Positions 58,253-64,000 of a DNA stretch of 64,000 nt are shown here, piece by piece. The position numbers and the translations under genes are program-made. Each line of letters opens with the position of its first letter. The stretch's first letter is position 1. Below the pieces are notes generated by a model that was given only the letters and a program-made list of their open reading frames with translations, was not told the DNA's origin and did no database searches. Location: the NCBI GenBank assembly GCA_907165135.1, contig OU015566.1, forward strand, positions 13,702,001-13,766,000, read 5' to 3'. Origin of the DNA: Oikopleura dioica. Lineage: Eukaryota; Animalia; Chordata.

Positions 58253-59188
58253 TTAGTGAGTCTTGTAGACATTGTTATCAGTGAATTCGGCGCGGCAGTT
58301 TGGGCATTTTTTCTGTAAAAGAGACGAGATGCAGTAGAAGCAGAATTTGTGCGCGCAAGGGATGATGATCGCTTCTGGACGGTCGTCGTTGTAGGGACGG
58401 AGGCAGACCCTGCACTCATTATTTTCATTACCGCTTTCATTTAGCTTCACCTTCTTAGCTAGGGGCTCATCTAAAAAATCCGCATGCAGGTCTTGAAAAT
58501 TACAAGTCTAAGAGTAAGATCATCATCATACCATGATCTCTAAAAGCAGCTTTTGTAATAATGAGCACTCGCTTTTCGCTTTTATCCTCCAATTGTCGCA
58601 AAAACTTTTGATTGTTCCTCGCCAATTGAACCTTCTTTTCAGCGGTTTTTACGTTCTCTTTTGCCTTTTTCAATGCTTCTTCCGCTGCGCGCACCTTTCC
58701 AACTGCAGAGTAAAATGCATCTTGAGCTTCGTAAAATTTCGAATTGGAAGAATAACGCTCTTTTTTAATTTTCATGTACATATTGCTCATCAAATTGCGC
58801 TCATTTCTTGCTTCTATTCTCAACAGCATTTGTTTCAAGCTTATTTTTCATAAAAAAAATTACCCCAAAGACTAGAAGGGGTTTTTCTTATAGCAGCCTC
58901 GCAGCAAGACCCAACAAGGACTTCACGGTAAGAGAGTTTATCCGCTCCGCAGCTTTCGGCACGGCACTTGAAAGTTGCGTCCGAGTCTTGAAATTCCACC
59001 ACCTTTTTCGGATACTTTTCATCCTTGCACTCCTTGCAGAATCTCTTTCCTCTGATTAAACATGTTGACTCGCATGCGCTACGTTTATTTTAAATGCTTA
59101 CGATAATTATAGAAAATCACCTTTCACATTCACTACATTGCCCAAGTTCACCATACGAGCTCACAAATTTGTCAAGAATCACATGCAT
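58253..59188 (-). CDS. C-terminal C3HC4 RING protein with N-terminal Cys-rich domain and coiled coil (copy A)
   Basis: Four exons with GT-AG introns: MHVILDKFVSSYGELGQCSECERGKRFCKEC...FKCRAESC...GSCC, a coiled coil, then CRVC...CAHKFCFYC...CPNC. Confidence 0.82.
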
Positions 59189-59432
59189 CTTCAGAAAATA
59201 CAACCTTCTCGCTCTAACAAGACCTCTTTAAAGTTGACCACTCAGAGCCTGCCCCGGAGAGCTTTGGTGAGTCAGAAGAATTGATAACCTATCAGCAAAA
59301 TTTGCTCACTGGAACATAAGGGAAACAATAGTTGATAAACGCGATGGAAGACCTTCGGCTCAGTTTTCAATCATTTTTTTTTCTTATTGGGGCTCCACGA
59401 TAGAAGATCGGAACTAAAACGGCAGGGATGAC

Positions 59433-59607
59433 TTAGTGGGTTTTGTAGACATTGTTGTCAGTGAACTCGGCGCGGCAGTTGGGACATTTTTTATCTGGAG
59501 GGGATGAGATGCAGTTGAAGCAGAACATGTGCGCACAAGGGATGATGAGAGCCGACAAGGGCTTCCGCGGCTTCTCCCCCAATTTAGGCGCGCCCAGAAT
59601 GAGCTTC
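59433..59607 (-). pseudogene. 3' fragment of the same RING gene family
   Basis: IIPCAHMFCFNCISSPPDKKCPNCRAEFTDNNVYKTH*. The first CxxC is missing and there is no in-frame start. Confidence 0.8.
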
Positions 59608-59814
59608 TGAAAAAGTCAGTGCATTTTTCAGTAGCTCAGATTCTCGATCTCCCCTTAGAGCTCAAATCCATGGCAAATCTTATGACTTGGTGGCCACTGT
59701 AAATTAGTAAAAATTCAAATTTTCATAATTACGAAGAGCATTTCCATGATTTCTAGAAGCGAGCTTTTCCAACTGTTTTTATGGCGAAAATGCTCAGTTT
59801 GAAGCTGTGTGAAA

Positions 59815-60652
59815 ATGAGCGCCCAGTTTCAGTTTTTGGAACATGGTAGCTTTTACGCTCATTATTTTGTGCTAAGATATTTTTAGAGACCCAATTCAAA
59901 GGTGTCATCAGTAACGAAATAATAAGCTTTGGCTATGGAACTGTCACAATTTACAACAGCCAAAATCAAGCTCTCGTCACTGTAACGGTTGAACATCAAT
60001 GCTGTGATGGAAAAGGTCCTCAGTACGTTGCAACGCACCACGCTCTTGGAGAAGTCATTCGAACGAGCATCATCAAATCGGAGAAGTGCTGTTTTTGCTG
60101 CATGGTTAGATTTAATATTTAAGTTGTATTTTTTTAATCAGAAAGCAAAATTTTTAACATCGAGTTCAGAAAGAAGCTGACTATGGCGTTTTTGCAGGAC
60201 AAGAACATCTTGGAAGCTTGAGGCAAGCAGACTTCGTAGGGTCAGTGTTTGATTCTGTTTTTAGATATCCAAGTATGAGTCAAGGGTACGTCCACACTCC
60301 AACAGAAATGCTGGATCCATCTGGAAACGTTTTCCTGAACTACCATCAGTCGACGTCGACTGGGACAGGCTTCATGGCCCAAATGGCGCACTCCGATCAA
60401 ACGACTCAAACCATGATCAGCCAGGGCGGAAATCACGTGGCGACGCTCGATACTCACTATCAGCTTGGTGTTTTTCAAGGTGAAATGTCAGCGACGATGT
60501 CTGTCTCTCCCCAACTTCCAGTTCCTGTCAAACTCTGTAAGTGCTATTAGAATCACCGATTTCCAGAGTGTTGATTTTCAGGCTTGATGATCAATTTGGC
60601 AATTGTACTTTTCGACATGCGACAAGCTGATCGAAACCGACACAGCGGCTGA
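59815..60652 (+). CDS. Phospholipid-scramblase-like protein (copy 1)
   Basis: Five exons (one GC donor): MSAQFQFLEHETQF...EKCCFCC...SVSPQLPVPVKLCLMINLAIVLFDM, resembling the PLSCR Cys cluster and C-terminal helix. Confidence 0.65.
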
Positions 60653-60768
60653 AATTCTGACCTACTTTTGATTACTATCTTCTCATAATAAACCTTATAT
60701 CAGTTTCTAGATAAAAAGTTTTCATAGTGTTCTAGCACCGAAAATTTGCAGTTCAAAGCTGTGTACAA

Positions 60769-61593
60769 ATGAGCGCACAGTTTCAATTCTTGCAAAATGG
60801 TTTTCTTACTTTGCTTGATCCATTTTTAGCATTTTTTAAGAGACTCAATTCAAAGCCGTTCTACAACATGCTGGAAGTGTCACATTTTTGAACAGCCAAA
60901 ATCAAGTCCTCCTCACCGTCACGCACAAATTTGAATTCCTCGGAACCTGTGATGCTGAACCTCGTTATATTGCTCATCATCACGAGCTTGGAGATGTTAT
61001 TCAAACACATCGAGTCAAAGTCGAGAAATGCTGCATTTGTTGTCCAGTAACAATATTTTTTCGATCGAGTTATTACCATGTTGAAGACTAGTGTCGATTT
61101 TGGCATTTTTGCTGGACAAGAGCATCTTGGAAGCTTCAGGTAAACAGATAAATTATTTATTCTTTAAAAAAATACCCATATTTTTTTTTAGATACCCGAG
61201 TCGGGTCCAGTCGGGTCACATGTATGTGAACGTTTTTACTCCGACCGAATTGCTGGATGCAGATGGAAATTTTTACCTCAAATACTGTAAAACGACGTCG
61301 AATGTGTTTGACGCCAAGAGCCTCAAGGAAAACGAGAGCGATATTAGAACTCAAACACTCATCACCGAAGGACCAAATCTAGTTGCGACTCTCGATACTC
61401 GATCTCAAGGACAACCTGGTGTTTTACCGTGGAATCACTCAGCGACAATTTCTGTCTCTCCGCAACTTCCAGTTCCTACCAAACTCTGTAAGTTGCTTGG
61501 ATTGCGTTGAATATTACTTTTTTAGGCTTGATGATGAATGCGGCAATGCTTCTTTTCGACTTTTGGCGACGAGAAAGACAGAACCGAAGTTGA
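60769..61593 (+). CDS. Phospholipid-scramblase-like protein (copy 2)
   Basis: Same five-exon layout: MSAQFQFLQNETQF...EKCCICC...SVSPQLPVPTKLCLMMNAAMLLFDF. Confidence 0.65.
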
Positions 61594-61752
61594 GCGACAT
61601 TGAAAGTCACAAAAAACTGATGGTTGAATGCTTATCTCTAAGTAAAAACGAAATTTTGATATTGATTTTTTCGTATTTTTTTTATTATTTTCATGGTGAT
61701 AAAAGATCGAAGCTAAGTGATTTCAAGAGTGAGCCAAAAAGGCACAGATGAC

Positions 61753-62793
61753 TTAGTGAGTCTTGTAGACATTGTTGTCAGTAAAGTCGGTGCGGCAGTT
61801 GGGGCATTTTTTCTCCGGAAGGGCTGAGATGCAGTTGAAGCAGAACTTGTGCGCGCAGGGAATGATGATGGCTTCTGGGCGGTTGTCGTCGAAGGGGTTG
61901 AAACAGACCTTGCATTGGAGCTTTTCAATCACTTCATCTTGCTTCGCCTTCTTTTTTGTAACAAAAATAACATCATCGTCTTAACGAATCAAATAATTAT
62001 TGAATTGAATTCATCGAATCTTACCGGAATCACTACTATCGCTGCTACTGCTGCTGCTATCTTGAACTGCTTTTGCGGCGACAAAAAGACGTTTCTTCAC
62101 TTTGTTGTGCCATTCTCTGCTCGTTTTTTCCTTCCTTTCTGCAGCATCACACTTTTTTTTCGCAAAGCCTGCTTGCTGTTCAGCAACGCACAGTTCATGT
62201 TTGATATTTCGGACTTTTCGCCTCGCGTCGTCGAAAGAATCTCGGGCATCCCAGGAGTTTCTGACAGAAGACTCTTCGTCGCGTTTCGACTGCTGATAAA
62301 TCTTTTGAATAAGCAAGCATTCTTCCTCTTCCTCTTAAAATAGTTGCAATACAGTATTGCCAATACTGTAACTTTCGCCAACAACAAGGGCTTACCGTCT
62401 GATATCTCTCTATTCAAAGCGACGTCGCAGCAAGATCCCACATAAAATTGATGATAAGAAAGTTTATCCGCTTCGCAGTTCTTTGCAGGACATTTGAATG
62501 CTGCGTCAGTGTCTTGAAATTTCGCCGTTGACTTCGGAAATTTCTTTTCCTTGCAGACACTGCAATAACGCTTACCCCGGATTTCCGCGGTTGAATCAAC
62601 AGCACTAAAGAAGAAATTTTTCACTAGAATAAGAATAAAGGTATAATTTATAGAGTTAAATATTTAAAACGATATATAAAAACAGCCATATATTGGCTGA
62701 ACCGAACTGTTCACACTCATCGCATTTTCCATAAGTCCCATAAGAAGTTACAAAGGATGCATAAGGAACAGGGAGTTCGTCGGCTTTCTGCAT
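61753..62793 (-). CDS. C-terminal C3HC4 RING protein (copy B)
   Basis: Four exons: MQKADELPVPYASFVTSYGTYGKCDEC...YCSVC...FKCPAKNC...GSCC, a coiled coil, then CKVC...CAHKFCFNC...CPNC...NVYKTH*. Confidence 0.85.
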
Positions 62794-63240
62794 ATTTTCT
62801 CGGGCGTTTAAAAATGAGAATTATTTCTTGACTATCTTAGATTGCCGAAAACTGAAGCTCTCTTCAATGAGATAATGTCATGTTCTCGAGATAAAAATTT
62901 TCCTGGAAGAGAACAGCCGAAGTCTCGCAGCCAAACAATCGAAATGATCCTTGATTTTATTTTTCCGGTGAAAGTATTTTGTTTTGGAAAGAAAGAAAAT
63001 AGCGGTTGATGAGCGTTGTTCTAGTTCCTTTCTGTTGCGCACTGTGTCTCGGAATGTTCACCTCGTGTAATCAAATCAAAATATGCAAATTTTTGAAATG
63101 GCCGTTTTCTAGAGCGGAAGCGACGAATTTCGCCGTGAAGAGGAATTTTGCTTGTTGTCGGAAATTGTTTGTTGCTCATTCTTCTTTTTCTCATCGACTA
63201 CTCGAGTAGTTCTTCGCTATTTTAACATCAGAGGATTAAA

Positions 63241-63471
63241 ATGTATCGAACACTTCCGGACTTGGCCACTTATGAGCCCGTTCCAGTCAAGCGCAAAAAA
63301 GTTGATTTAAAAATTGACAAAATGAGAAATAGAAGCGGATGTTTATTGCACTTGTCGGTAAAAGGGATTTGCGCTCAGAAGGGAAACGGGCGGAGAAAAA
63401 CGCGCTTCCCAGAAAGGGATTACGCGCTAGAAGAGCGGATAATTATGTATTCGGATATGGATTCAGACTGA
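63241..63471 (+). CDS. Possible small basic protein
   Basis: 76-codon ATG ORF preceded by ATCAG|AGGATTAAA, like other starts in the window. No family is recognised. Confidence 0.3.
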   Translation: MYRTLPDLATYEPVPVKRKKVDLKIDKMRNRSGCLLHLSVKGICAQKGNGRRKTRFPERDYALEERIIMYSDMDSD

Positions 63472-64000
63472 TTGAGACTGAGATTTCTATGAGCGCGAAG
63501 ATGTTTATATCGAGAGTATTTTCAATTTATTGATGACATTTTCGCTCATTCTTCATTTTGAGCTGAGCTGGCTCAAATTGAGCTGAGCTCTGAGCGATCA
63601 AAACTAACTCTGATTAAGGACTCGATCTTTGAGACAAGAGAAAAGAGGCTGAGAGCCTTGAATAATCAAGAACAAAGGATAAAAATGAAAGTCTCGACCT
63701 ATATTTGATAGAAATTTATCTTTGGGTAGCTTGAAAAGGAGTCCAGTTTTATCGGATCCAGATAAAGTACAACTTCATATTCGGGCAAGAAGACCTATCA
63801 ATACAGGTCTTCTAGTAGGAGACTTTCTACTAGGGACTTTTTCAAGTCTTTTATCCTCATACTTTCTTACTGCAGAAGGGATGAGACGTTTATTTTTTTA
63901 TCTATTGATGGACAATTCTAGCGAGGACTAGTACTGTAACTGGAGCGTGCAAAAAATCATTCATTTTTCTCCGATAATCAATTACATCTCAACCTGCTTG

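Noticed and set aside
62349-62369. Perfect 9-bp hairpin TACAGTATT/AATACTGTA inside a RING gene intron
   Set aside because: Three-nt loop, and the intron ends do not pair, so not a mirtron.
63344-63356. TATTGCACTTGTC, identical to the first 13 nt of miR-92a
   Set aside because: The 3' half does not match, the stem is short and interrupted, and it lies within an ORF; plausible by chance over many miRNA queries.

Overview
Compact animal genomic DNA, inferred to be the larvacean tunicate Oikopleura dioica or a close relative. The inference rests on 35-50 nt introns, GA-AG and GC-AG introns, recurrent TCAG|A(A)TG acceptors just before start codons (consistent with SL trans-splicing) and tightly packed genes. 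Gene models were spliced by hand. In order: 3' part of an ABCA transporter (+); ARID2 (-); NUP133 (-); FAM8A1 (+) with a nested antisense Cys-rich gene; a BTB protein; an orphan; then a co-oriented operon-like run of IWS1, a repeated zinc-module protein, two tandem selenoprotein W genes and CDC37. Both SelW genes have an in-frame UGA in CxxU and a SECIS candidate, and the ORF track misses their N-termini. Next comes a ~4.6-4.9 kb tandem duplication with a readable breakpoint (37860/37861) that produced two intronless secreted SMB+cbEGF genes and decaying CDC37 and kelch-like fragments. After it: a kelch-like membrane gene (-), SRFBP1 (+), a divergent FoxO-like gene (+), a 2-TM gene with an apparent homopolymer frameshift (-), a Not homeobox gene (-), several MITEs and a cluster of RING genes interleaved with two scramblase-like genes. 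Best leads: the SelW pair (one with a mitochondrial-like presequence), an apparent AT-AG intron at the ABCA Walker A motif, a recurring 15-mer in short introns, a 9-bp-TSD foldback element beside an IWS1 splice donor, a Kolobok-type MITE, and a possible SL-like leader at 4657. No tRNA, rRNA or CRISPR array was found. No database search or folding computation was run.
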